64,000 nucleotides of DNA from an uncultured Phycisphaerales bacterium (GCA_963758525.1 CAVWVQ010000003.1:3136001-3200000); one strand, 5' to 3'; counted from the first letter of the stretch, positions 31,274 through 40,307 are shown. Translations and numbers: made by a program. Notes: generated by a model not told the origin, from the letters alone.

Positions 31274-31891
31274 ATGTCGAGTCGAGCGATCCTTACAGGC
31301 CTGTTCATGGCCGTCGCGGTTTTGGTGGTTTGGAAATACATGCTTCCGCCGCAGTTTCGGCCGGCGGTGTTTACGCCCAAAGTGCTGGCAAAGGAGCCTG
31401 GTGTGAAAACGGAGAAGGCGACGTTCGCAGCTGGTTGTTTCTGGGGAGTCGAGGCGACGTTCCGCGATGTGCCGGGGGTCGTGGGCACGCAGGTCGGATA
31501 TGCAGGCGGGACGACGAAGAACCCGACTTATGAAGACGTCTGCACCGACTCCACCGGCCATGCCGAAGCGGTGGAGGTCGAGTACGACCCGAAGAAGGTT
31601 TCGTACGACACGCTGCTGGATATCTTCTGGGCGAACCACGATCCGACGACACCCAACCGCCAAGGCCCCGACGTCGGAACGCAGTATCGCTCGGTGATCT
31701 TCTATCACAGCCCGGAACAGTTGGCCGAGGCTACTGCTTCTCTGAAGAAGGAGCAGGACTCGGGGCGATTCCGTCGGCCGATCGTCACGCAGATTGTTCC
31801 CGAAGCGCCGTTCTACCGCGCGGAGGAATATCACCAGCAGTATCTGGAGAAGCGGGGATTGCGTGAGTGCCATATCCGGACGGACGGCTGA
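31274..31891 (+). CDS. msrA: Peptide-methionine (S)-S-oxide reductase MsrA with N-terminal signal/anchor
   Basis: [42 protein letters not shown]. Confidence 0.95.
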   Translation: MSSRAILTGLFMAVAVLVVWKYMLPPQFRPAVFTPKVLAKEPGVKTEKATFAAGCFWGVEATFRDVPGVVGTQVGYAGGTTKNPTYEDVCTDSTGHAEAVEVEYDPKKVSYDTLLDIFWANHDPTTPNRQGPDVGTQYRSVIFYHSPEQLAEATASLKKEQDSGRFRRPIVTQIVPEAPFYRAEEYHQQYLEKRGLRECHIRTDG

Positions 31892-31946
31892 ACCCATCAC
31901 TTTTGCGGAATCGGTGATATGATGGTGCGTCAACGGAAAGGGATAC

Positions 31947-32312
31947 ATGACGTCACATTCGAACGTGTATTTGAGTTCCAGCTCGTCCTCAAGTGCGGGG
32001 CCTTTGAGCAGCGGCTCGGCAGCTTTCCTTGAGGAACTTCAAGCTCGTGGAATCGGCGTCGATGAATTCCATACGGAGGACGCCGAGTCACGAGTGCTTG
32101 CCGCGATAAGCGATGGGACTGAGAAGGATATCGCTCAGCTCATGTCGGACAGCGGCTGCATCCCGCTCGGCCGATTGCTTGACACCATTCAGAAACTTGA
32201 AAACTTCGGACTTATCATGAAGGTGGGACCGGCTGGAGAGGAAAAATTCCGCCTCTCTTCGAGCGGCGTTCGTGCTGCTGAGATGATGGGGGTTTGGCGG
32301 GGGAAGGCTTGA
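31947..32312 (+). CDS. Hypothetical protein, winged-helix-like C-terminal domain
   Basis: Ser-rich N-terminus then RVLAAIS...IAQLM...LLDTIQKLENFGLI...FRLSSSG pattern; SD AAGGGA upstream. Confidence 0.65.
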   Translation: MTSHSNVYLSSSSSSSAGPLSSGSAAFLEELQARGIGVDEFHTEDAESRVLAAISDGTEKDIAQLMSDSGCIPLGRLLDTIQKLENFGLIMKVGPAGEEKFRLSSSGVRAAEMMGVWRGKA

Positions 32313-32977
32313 CCTCAGAAATCGCATATTGCATCTCGTTTGTTCTCGGCGGGTTTGTAGGGCTTGCGGAACTGATCGTTCGGTACAAGGACGAACCCTT
32401 GGAGGCGATCAAGACATTTGCAAGCGTGTGCTACATAGTCATAAACGCGCTCGCATCCCTTGGAACGATGTACGCAACCGAAGTGTTTGGATGGACATTC
32501 GGCATAGCCGCCGGATCCGACACAAGTAAAATTCAATTCGTTCGGATCTTGGTCGCTGGTTTCTCGTCTATGGCGCTGCTCAGAAGTTCTCTGTTCACAG
32601 TGCGCGTGGGGAATCAGGACTTGGGAATCGGATTTAGCGCGGTCATTCAGACTTTGCTTCGCGCGACCGACGCCGCTGTCGATCGCCATCGTGGATTGTC
32701 GCGTGACCGGATTGTGAAAGCGATGGAGTCGGTTTCGTTTGAGAAGGCGGTTGCAGTCCTCCCCACATACTGTCTTGGATTAATGCAAAATCTTTCTCCT
32801 CTTGACCAGGAGGCATTTGCGCGGAATATCGAGTCGATAAATAAACTCAAGACTGATCCCGCTGTGAAGAGCCGGCTGCTCGGTTTAGCTGTCATGAATG
32901 TGATGGGCAGTCAGGTTTTGTTGTGTGCGATTGACTCCCTCGGCGACAAGATTCGGACTACTCCGACGCCGCGATAG
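32309..32977 (+). CDS. Hypothetical membrane protein (about 3 TM plus C-terminal helical domain)
   Basis: TTGA start/stop overlap with upstream gene; hydrophobic segments ISFVLGGFVGLAEL, YIVINALASLG, ILVAGFSSMALL. Confidence 0.75.
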   Translation: MTSEIAYCISFVLGGFVGLAELIVRYKDEPLEAIKTFASVCYIVINALASLGTMYATEVFGWTFGIAAGSDTSKIQFVRILVAGFSSMALLRSSLFTVRVGNQDLGIGFSAVIQTLLRATDAAVDRHRGLSRDRIVKAMESVSFEKAVAVLPTYCLGLMQNLSPLDQEAFARNIESINKLKTDPAVKSRLLGLAVMNVMGSQVLLCAIDSLGDKIRTTPTPR

Positions 32978-32982
32978 GTTTG

Positions 32983-34479
32983 CTATGGTGATCGCTTACC
33001 AATTCTTATCGCTGCTTGCGCGGCGTTGTAGCCGCACATTCCGTGCACCCCGCCGCCGGGCGGCGTTGACGACGAGCAGAGAAACACATTCTTGATCGGC
33101 GTGGCGTAAGGGTTTATCTGCGCAATGGGGCGGGTGAAGAGTTGGCCGAGATGTTGCGCGCCGCCGTTGATGTCGCCGCCGATGAGATTGGGGTTGTAGC
33201 GTTCCAGGTCGTCGGTCCGGAAGACGCCGCGGGCGAGAACGCAATCGCGGAAGCCGGGGGCGAAGCGTTCGATTTGGGATTCGACCCGCTCTGACATATC
33301 GAAAGTGGATCCGTTGGGCACATGACAGTAGGCCCAGGCAATGTGCTTGCCGGGCGGGGCGCGCGAGGGATCGCAAACGGTGGGTTGCACGAGAAGCACA
33401 AACGGGCGCTCGGCGTGCTGCCCTTGCCAGGGCGCGGCTTCTGAGGCCGCGATTTCGGGGAGCGTGCCGCCGAGGTGGAGAGTGCCGGCGGCGGCGCATT
33501 GCGGGTCTTTCCAGGGGATCGGAGCGGTGAGGGCGAAGTCCATTTTGAAGACACCGGGGCCGTATCGATAACGTTCGAGGCGTTGGCGATATCGCTCAGG
33601 GAGTCTGTCGCCCGCGAGGCGGGTGAATTGCCGGGGAGTCACGTCGCAGAGAACGGTGCGGGCGTCGATCACTTCATCCAACGAGGTCACCGGCGAGTTC
33701 GTTTCGATCACTCCGCCGAGTGAGATGAAATGATCGGCCAGCGCGTCGGCCAGTCGCTGCGATCCGCCGATGACGACAGGCCATCCATCCACGTGAGCGG
33801 CGATCATCAAGACCAGGCCGAAGGCTGCCGTCGCGGTCCAATCGAGCGGCAGAATCGAGTGAGCGGCCGCTCCGGCAAAGAGCGCGCGGGCGCGATCCGA
33901 GCGGAACAGGTGCTCTGCCAGCGACTGGGCGGATCGCAGGGCGCTGGCTCCGAATCGAGCCAGGAGCAGGGGATGACGCGGAAGCCTGGGCGGTGCGAGA
34001 ATCGTGTCGAAGAGATTTTCCCATCGTTTGCTCAGCGGCGCGAAGAGCCCGCGGTAAGCGTCGGCGTCTTCGCCGAGAGCGTCGGCCGTCTCATCGAGCG
34101 ATTGGCTGACGAAACCCCGCGGCTGATCGTCCAGCGGATGCGCAAACGCGATCCTGGGCTTGGCGAATTTCACATCCAGCGGATGTTTGGCGTCGCGCAG
34201 CACTGAGCGCATGAATGGGGAGGCGACGGCCATCGCGTGGACGGTGGAGCAGATGTCGTGCGTGAAGCCGGGAAGCGTCAGTTCGGCGGAGCGCATCGAA
34301 CCGCCGACGGTGGGCGCGCCTTCACGGAGGAGAACGCTTTTCCCGGCGCGCGCGAGCGTGATCGCGGCGGCTAAGCCGTTGGGACCGGAGCCGATGACGA
34401 CTGCGTCGTACCGCGTACCACGGGTTTCCAACCCGTGCGAACTGCGCTCGATCTTCAAAGCTTCACTCTGCCCTGGCAA
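32983..34479 (-). CDS. Phytoene desaturase-family NAD(P)/FAD-dependent oxidoreductase (start uncertain)
   Basis: YDAVVIGSGPNGLAAA, PGFTHDICS, WAYCHVP, NPNLIGGDINGG, CSSSTPPGGGVHGMCG. Confidence 0.9.
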   Translation of the reverse strand: MPGQSEALKIERSSHGLETRGTRYDAVVIGSGPNGLAAAITLARAGKSVLLREGAPTVGGSMRSAELTLPGFTHDICSTVHAMAVASPFMRSVLRDAKHPLDVKFAKPRIAFAHPLDDQPRGFVSQSLDETADALGEDADAYRGLFAPLSKRWENLFDTILAPPRLPRHPLLLARFGASALRSAQSLAEHLFRSDRARALFAGAAAHSILPLDWTATAAFGLVLMIAAHVDGWPVVIGGSQRLADALADHFISLGGVIETNSPVTSLDEVIDARTVLCDVTPRQFTRLAGDRLPERYRQRLERYRYGPGVFKMDFALTAPIPWKDPQCAAAGTLHLGGTLPEIAASEAAPWQGQHAERPFVLLVQPTVCDPSRAPPGKHIAWAYCHVPNGSTFDMSERVESQIERFAPGFRDCVLARGVFRTDDLERYNPNLIGGDINGGAQHLGQLFTRPIAQINPYATPIKNVFLCSSSTPPGGGVHGMCGYNAAQAAIRIGKRSP

Positions 34480-34528
34480 ACATCATGAGGGATTGCGGCA
34501 ACCCGGACGGGTTGGAAACCCGTGTTAC
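34415..34528. repeat. REPIN-like doublet overlapping both flanking genes
   Basis: gtaccacgggtttccaacccgtgc 34415-34438 / ggacgggttggaaacccgtgttac 34505-34528. Confidence 0.75.
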
Positions 34529-35769
34529 TTTTCGATCCGGTACAGCGCCATATCCGTTCGGATATACAAAGCGTTTCCCGCCACGGCGGGCGAGGCGAGG
34601 ATTCGTCCGTCGAGCTGATTTTCCGCTACCTCATCGAGCTTGTTTTCGGGGCGAATGACGGCGCACTTGCCATGCTCATCGAAGAAATAGATCAGACCGT
34701 TGGCATAGATCGGCGAGGCGCTGGAACCAGCGACGATCCGGCTCTGCCAGAGCTGCTGTCCGGTCTTTTCGTCGAGGCATCGGGCGATGCCGCTGTCGGA
34801 GGTGAAGAAGACCATGCCATTGACGACGAGGACCGAGGGCTTCAGCGGCGCGCCCTTTGTCCACTTCCAGATGACCGGAGCGATGTGGTCGGGTCCTTGG
34901 CCGTGTGGATCGATGGCCCATAACTCGGCGTTGCTGAAGCCGGTGCTGACGAAGGCCATCCCATCGGCGTAGACCGGGCGCGGCGTGTTGGAGAATCCGG
35001 GCAGATTACAGTGCCACAATTCCTTGCCGGTGAGGGGTTCATAGCCGTAGACGCAACGCGAGCCGACGCTGATCAGTTGATCTTCGCCGTCGATCGTGGC
35101 GACGGTCGGCGTGCAGTACGCCTTGCGGATGTCGGGGCGCAGCGTGCTGAGCGGGTAGGTGCGATCAATGCGATAGGCGAGGCGCCCGGTTTCCTTATCG
35201 AGAGCGGCAAGGTATTGCACGTCCATGCCGTCGCAATGAAGCAGGAAATAATGCTTCCAGAGGATCGGGCTGGAGCCGGGGCCTTCCTTATGATCGAGGC
35301 GAAGCTCCTGGTTTTTCCAGAGGATTTGCGCGGTGGTCGCGTCGAGGCAGGCGCTGCCGTAGGTTCCGAAGCTGACGTAGACCCGGCCGTGCTCGAGTAC
35401 CGGCGTTGGCGAGGCGTAGGAGTTGAAGTCGTTTTTGGGCTCGAGTTGGGATTCGGCAAAGACTTCGACGTTTTGCGTAATCTTTCCCGAGTCCTGATCG
35501 ACGCAGATCGCCCGCAATGATTTGCCGTCGTTGGTGGCAGTGGTAATCCAGATCTGCTTGTCGAGAATCACCGGGGACGACCAACCGAGGCCGGGAATTG
35601 CCGTCTTCCACGCGACGTTTTTCGTCTCGCTCCAAGTCGTGGGAAGATCGGAAGACGCTGCCCAGCCCTGCTGGGTCGGCCCGCGAAACTGCGGCCAGTC
35701 CTCGGAGGCTTGGGCATGGGCAAAAAGCAGGATGCACGCCAGCAGGGCAACGGATCCGATTCGTGTCGT
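34525..35769 (-). CDS. PQQ-binding-like (BamB-type) beta-propeller protein; canonical start codon not found
   Basis: Frame of ORF 34525-35571 extends upstream through signal peptide IGSVALLACILLFAHAQA and EDWPQFRGP...WSETKNVAWKTAIPGLGWSSPV; NSYASPTP, GPGSSP, ASPAVAGNALYIRT. Confidence 0.85.
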   Translation of the reverse strand, partial: TTRIGSVALLACILLFAHAQASEDWPQFRGPTQQGWAASSDLPTTWSETKNVAWKTAIPGLGWSSPVILDKQIWITTATNDGKSLRAICVDQDSGKITQNVEVFAESQLEPKNDFNSYASPTPVLEHGRVYVSFGTYGSACLDATTAQILWKNQELRLDHKEGPGSSPILWKHYFLLHCDGMDVQYLAALDKETGRLAYRIDRTYPLSTLRPDIRKAYCTPTVATIDGEDQLISVGSRCVYGYEPLTGKELWHCNLPGFSNTPRPVYADGMAFVSTGFSNAELWAIDPHGQGPDHIAPVIWKWTKGAPLKPSVLVVNGMVFFTSDSGIARCLDEKTGQQLWQSRIVAGSSASPIYANGLIYFFDEHGKCAVIRPENKLDEVAENQLDGRILASPAVAGNALYIRTDMALYRIEK

Positions 35770-35928
35770 TGATTTGCGCGGCCCGTTCTAGGCCTGATGA
35801 GCGGGCAAGTGCCTGGAGCCCCGATGATTTCAGAAATTGCTGCGCGACGCATCGCCCGGCATCTTACCCTCGGGAGAATCAGACCGCGACCAGCAAGTTA
35901 CGGGTGGAGGTGGACCGCGGGGAGTTGA

Positions 35929-36255
35929 TCAAAAGAACTCGGCCCCGATTTTGAATGACTCGTCTCCGGGCCGGCAGGAGAGGATGCGGATCTCGCTGGT
36001 GATTTTCTGCGGACCGACGCCGAGGCGAAGCAGGTAGTACGCGCCGGTGGGGACGGGAACCGGGATTTCAAAGCAGACGCCGTGTCGCGAGAGATTCAAT
36101 GTCGTCACTTCGACGCGATCGGCCGGGTCGGTGGCGGTGGGGGAGGAGAGCCACGCTTCACAGGTGTGCGGCGTGCGGTTGCTGCGCCGCCGTTCGCGAT
36201 CGCGTGGCGTTGATTCACTCTTCTTGCCGGACACGGCGGATGTTGCGGAACTCAT
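35929..36255 (-). CDS. Stand-alone PilZ-domain protein
   Basis: ERRRSNR (RxxxR) and NLSRHG ([D/N]xSxxG) c-di-GMP-binding motifs, C-terminal IGAEF. Confidence 0.8.
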   Translation of the reverse strand: MSSATSAVSGKKSESTPRDRERRRSNRTPHTCEAWLSSPTATDPADRVEVTTLNLSRHGVCFEIPVPVPTGAYYLLRLGVGPQKITSEIRILSCRPGDESFKIGAEFF

Positions 36256-36469
36256 GCAGATTTCATCGACGGGGCATTTGGACGATTGAGTCGCGCGCAC
36301 GGGAAATTCGGCCATTCGAGCGGGCTGTAGTGAATATTCTGGCAAGCTGTGCCGAAGTTGCGGTCGATTGCATCAGAATCAGTCTGCTCGTATGACTCTG
36401 ACGGGAATTCTTGCCGGAGCCGGTTATCGGTCCCGTGCTGTTTGAGTTTCGGCGATTACGAATGCAGAT

Positions 36470-37138
36470 ATGGAGCGGTTCGCGGTCATCATTCCGGCGG
36501 CGGGAACGTCGACGCGCTTTGGCGCGGGGCGAAACAAGCTGCTCGAATCGCTTGCGGGCGAAACCGTGCTCGGGCGGACGATTCGGGCGTTCGATCGCCC
36601 GGACGTTGCGGGCATCTTCGTGGCGACGGGAATCCGCGACTTCGCGTTTCAACGACATGTCGTTTTATGCCCGGGCGGGGCGTGCCGCGCGGCGAGCGTG
36701 CTGAGTGCTTTGGAAGCGGTGCCCAACGACATCGAATGGGTTGCGGTCCACGATGCGGCTCGGCCACTCGTCTCGGCAGGGTTGATCGACCGGACGTTTG
36801 AAGCCGCGATTCAATATGGAACGGCAATTCCGGCCATGCCGGTAGCGCTGACGGTGAAACAAGCCGGAGGGCCGCTGCCGGCGAAGGTCCAGCGCACTCT
36901 ACCGCGGCACACGCTTTGGACGATGCAGACACCCCAGGCGATGCGGCGCTCGGATCTGCTCGATGCGTTTCGGCAGTGTGCGGTACCGCTGGAGCAAATC
37001 ACCGACGACGCCCAATTGCTCGAACTGTCGGGAAGAGATGTTTGGCTAATCGACGGAGAGGAGAGAAATCTGAAGATCACAACCTCGCAAGATACGCTCG
37101 TTGCAGAAGCACTTTTGCGCTCCATGCCTCAGGCGTAG
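36470..37138 (+). CDS. ispD: 2-C-methyl-D-erythritol 4-phosphate cytidylyltransferase
   Basis: IIPAAGTSTRFG..NK, GGACRAASV, VAVHDAARP, QTPQ, TDDAQLLE, NLKITT. Confidence 0.93.
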   Translation: MERFAVIIPAAGTSTRFGAGRNKLLESLAGETVLGRTIRAFDRPDVAGIFVATGIRDFAFQRHVVLCPGGACRAASVLSALEAVPNDIEWVAVHDAARPLVSAGLIDRTFEAAIQYGTAIPAMPVALTVKQAGGPLPAKVQRTLPRHTLWTMQTPQAMRRSDLLDAFRQCAVPLEQITDDAQLLELSGRDVWLIDGEERNLKITTSQDTLVAEALLRSMPQA

Positions 37139-37323
37139 CGTCGCTGTTGTCCAACGGCTGACCGATCGACATTCTGGGCGATGCGGGCCAACTGGCGAAG
37201 CTCCCTGAGACGAAACAAAATCGCTTGAGCATCGCTGGCCAGATGTGGTCGGCGTTTGATCCGTCTCTGAACCTTGCCCAGCTCTTGAAGCAGCTCGGTT
37301 CGTTCCTGTTCACTTGTCCACAT
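37129..37323 (-). CDS. Small basic helical hypothetical protein
   Basis: 64 aa, SD GAAAGGA 7 nt before ATG; candidate sigma-54 promoter upstream. Confidence 0.55.
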   Translation of the reverse strand: MWTSEQERTELLQELGKVQRRIKRRPHLASDAQAILFRLRELRQLARIAQNVDRSAVGQQRRYA

Positions 37324-37565
37324 AGTTGAATCCTTTCAGGAGCGGTCGCTCAGCCGCCGCAAAACTGATGCCGCGGCCAGCAAGGCGAAGCCATCTGCAC
37401 CAACCGTGGTACTGTTCCCCATTATCGATCGTTTCTTCCGACCCGGGCCAGCATTCTGGCGTGGAGGGCGGACTCGCCGCCAATTTGGCTCGAAGGGCAG
37501 TCAAAACTTGACGATGCAGCATACGGGCGTGAACAATCCACTTTTCAATTTACTCAACGAGGCTC

Positions 37566-38372
37566 ATGATCGACTCACCTTATCTCGTCCAGCCTGGCAA
37601 AAAAGTTCGTCTGGCGGACTGGCCCACCGCCGACACGGGCGAATTTGAGGACAAATCAGACGCCAAGCCGCAGGCGCGCAAGCATTTGAAGCGGCTTTCA
37701 GAGCTGCAGGAACTGCTTTACGCCAGCGGGACGCACGCACTGCTGGTGGTCTTTCAGGCGATGGATGGCGGGGGAAAAGACGGGGCGATTGACCATGTGT
37801 TCAGCGGCGTCAATCCGCAGGGGTGCGTCGTCACAAGCTTCAAGGTTCCGTCGACAGAGGAGCAGTCACACGATTTCCTGTGGCGGATTCACAAGGCCGC
37901 GCCGGCGCGGGGAATGATTGGCATTTTCAACCGCTCTCACTACGAGAGCGTACTGGTGGAGCGCGTGCGAAAGCTGGCTCCAAAGGAGGTCTGGTCCGCC
38001 CGGTACGAGTCCATCAACGACTTTGAGAGGCTGTTGGCGAACGAGGGGACGACGATTCTCAAGTTTTTTCTGCACATCTCCTGGGAGGAGCAGAAACGCC
38101 GCATGGAAGCGCGATTGAAAGACCCGCGAAAGAACTGGAAGTTTTCCCCCGCTGACCTGAAAGAGCGGCGCCGCTGGGATGACTACATGGAGGCGTACGA
38201 GGACGCGCTGCACAAATGTTCGACCAAGTCGGCTCCCTGGTACATCGTGCCGGCCGATCACAAGTGGTACCGCAACTGGGTGGTGTCGGACACGATCGTT
38301 CGCGCGATCAAGCAGCTCAAGCTGTCATACCCGCCGCCGCTGCAGGACGCGGACAAGATTCGGGTGAGGTGA
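37566..38372 (+). CDS. ppk2: Polyphosphate kinase 2 family protein (PPK2, class III-like)
   Basis: VFQAMDGGGKDG, FKVPS..E..HDFLWR, FNRSHYE, KFFLHIS, WKFSPAD, APWYIVPADHKWYRN. Confidence 0.93.
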   Translation: MIDSPYLVQPGKKVRLADWPTADTGEFEDKSDAKPQARKHLKRLSELQELLYASGTHALLVVFQAMDGGGKDGAIDHVFSGVNPQGCVVTSFKVPSTEEQSHDFLWRIHKAAPARGMIGIFNRSHYESVLVERVRKLAPKEVWSARYESINDFERLLANEGTTILKFFLHISWEEQKRRMEARLKDPRKNWKFSPADLKERRRWDDYMEAYEDALHKCSTKSAPWYIVPADHKWYRNWVVSDTIVRAIKQLKLSYPPPLQDADKIRVR

Positions 38373-38433
38373 GAGGGCGGTTGCGGCCAGCAAGTGTGTC
38401 GTTGAGAGTGGGGAATTGGATCGTTACCAGGGG

Positions 38434-38533
38434 TTAGCCGCGACGCGCAGCGGAGCGCGTATTCGAACGACGGACGGCGCAATTTCGCCTGTCGCGCAAT
38501 CCCATGACGCGCTCCGCTGCGCGTCGCGGCTAA
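38434..38533. repeat. REPIN (TTAGCCGC family), 27-bp perfect inverted repeat
   Basis: ttagccgcgacgcgcagcggagcgcgt 38434-38460 / acgcgctccgctgcgcgtcgcggctaa 38507-38533; same family as 3835-3939. Confidence 0.8.
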
Positions 38534-38616
38534 TAACCCCGGATGACTGCGATGCGCGCAGGTACTTGGAACCGTGGTTGAGCCGCCGACGGCGCCCGGC
38601 GAGTTCTGCAGCGTTC

Positions 38617-38877
38617 TTAAGCTGCCCGTGGCGCGCGCCGCTGCACTGCGATCGAATCGCGCGGTGCCTGCCACCTGGAGCGGCGCAGCGGGGATGCTGG
38701 ATTTTCGTGCCCGTCGGTCGCCTCATGAGTTATTGCGAGTTGGGGTTTGACGTCCACGAAGAGAAATCCGCCCTCGGATTTGGACTGGACGCTGCCGCCG
38801 CGAATTCGCTCCAATACGTGTTCGAGAGCAATCCCCCACAAATCCGCCGCAATTTCTGGAACGACCCAACAAGACAT
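38617..38877 (-). CDS. Small hypothetical protein with excisionase/HTH-like N-terminus
   Basis: MSCWVVPEIAADLWGIALEHVLERIRGGSVQSKSEGGFLFVDV; SD GGAG upstream. Confidence 0.6.
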   Translation of the reverse strand: MSCWVVPEIAADLWGIALEHVLERIRGGSVQSKSEGGFLFVDVKPQLAITHEATDGHENPASPLRRSRWQAPRDSIAVQRRAPRAA

Positions 38878-38948
38878 GTCCGGCTCCGCTGAGAACCGAT
38901 GTTTTCATCGGCGAAACGCACGGCAACGCTTGAGCCACGAAGAGGGGA

Positions 38949-39080
38949 TCTGAAATATCCCAAATCTCAAATTTGAAATCCCTGAGACTTGATAGAGGTG
39001 ATCTAATTTGAAATCTCAAACACCATGAATTTGAAATCTCAAATATCTCAAATCAAAAAATCAAATCTCAAATTTGAAAT
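38949..39080. repeat. AT-rich short tandem repeats (TTTGAAATCTCAAA-type, partly palindromic)
   Basis: Repeated atctcaa / atttgaa heptamer units in a GC-rich genome. Confidence 0.7.
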
Positions 39081-39113
39081 AGATACCACGATCGGAGCGG
39101 CAGCCGTCGCCGG

Positions 39114-40307
39114 TCACGCGTACGCCGAGCTGGATGATGCCGGCCGGTCGGCGCGAGCCTTCTCTCGCTCGCGGCTGACGCGGGCCTCGTACCCGCTCTC
39201 CCGATAGGCGGCCATCGGATCCGGCGGCAAATTGTGTGTCTTACGCCATTCGCTCAACAAGGGGCGCACGTCGGTGAAGAAGGCGGTCCGCAATGTCTCC
39301 TCGGCATCGATGATGTTCATCCGCAGCTGCGCATCGCGAAGCTTCTCGCGATCAACCAGGCATGCCTTGGCGTAGAGCTCCTGTGCCGTGGTCACGGTCT
39401 GCAGCATCGCCTCGATCTTGGGCTTGAGATTGTGCGATTGATCGACCATATAGGCGATCTGCGAAACGTCCGTCCCATGGTTCTCGGCGGCGTTGCGGAT
39501 TTCGTTGAAGATGCGGAAGACCGCGTATGGGTCGATGCTGCCGAGCGTCAGGTCGTCGTCGGCATATTTGCGGTCGTTGAAATGGAAGCCGCCGAGCATT
39601 TCCTCGTCGAGCAGAAACGCGACGAGATGCTCGATATTCTGCCCGGGAAGGTGATGGCCGGTATCGACCAGCACCTTGGCGCGAGGCCCCGCGTCCTTCG
39701 CAAAGACGTAGCTCATCCCCCAGTCGGCAATGTCCGTGTGATAAAACGCCGGCTCAAACGGCTTGTATTCCACGAGCATCGTCATGTCCTGCGGCATGGC
39801 ATCGTGCCATTGCCGCAGGGCGCCGTGCATGCGATGCTTTCGGCTGACGATGTCATCCTGCCCCGGATAATTGGTTCCATCCGCGAACCAGAGACTCAGC
39901 AGCTTCGAGTCCACCGCCTTGGCGATGCTGATGCAGTCTGAAACGTGGCGGTGGGCGTGCTGCCGGGCCCGCTCGTCGGGCGAAGTCGCGGAGCCGAACT
40001 TGTAGACCTGGTCCTGGAAAAAGTTCGGATTGATCGATCCGATCTTCACGCCATTCCTCTTGGCCACCTCAGCGGTTTCCTGCGCGGCGACACCCAGCGA
40101 AAAATCCCACAGCACATGCACCGCCACCGTCGGACAACAGCCGGTGTATTGGTTCACGACGCCGGCGTCCGCGAGCTTCTCGTCAATGCTCGACGCGGCC
40201 GCGGGCTGGAGAAACTTGCCAAACCGCGTGCCGGTATCGGCATAGCCCCAGCTTGGGGTTTCGATTTTAAATGCGTCGAGAAGCGGGAAAATTGCGTCGC
40301 ACTCCAT
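39114..40307 (-). CDS. rhaI: L-rhamnose isomerase (RhaI type, xylose-isomerase-like TIM barrel)
   Basis: IETPSWGYADTGTRF, WFADGTNYPGQ, VEYKPFEPAFYHTDIADWG, LVDTGHH, GGFHFNDRKYADDDL, YMVDQSHN. Confidence 0.9.
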   Translation of the reverse strand: MECDAIFPLLDAFKIETPSWGYADTGTRFGKFLQPAAASSIDEKLADAGVVNQYTGCCPTVAVHVLWDFSLGVAAQETAEVAKRNGVKIGSINPNFFQDQVYKFGSATSPDERARQHAHRHVSDCISIAKAVDSKLLSLWFADGTNYPGQDDIVSRKHRMHGALRQWHDAMPQDMTMLVEYKPFEPAFYHTDIADWGMSYVFAKDAGPRAKVLVDTGHHLPGQNIEHLVAFLLDEEMLGGFHFNDRKYADDDLTLGSIDPYAVFRIFNEIRNAAENHGTDVSQIAYMVDQSHNLKPKIEAMLQTVTTAQELYAKACLVDREKLRDAQLRMNIIDAEETLRTAFFTDVRPLLSEWRKTHNLPPDPMAAYRESGYEARVSREREKARADRPASSSSAYA

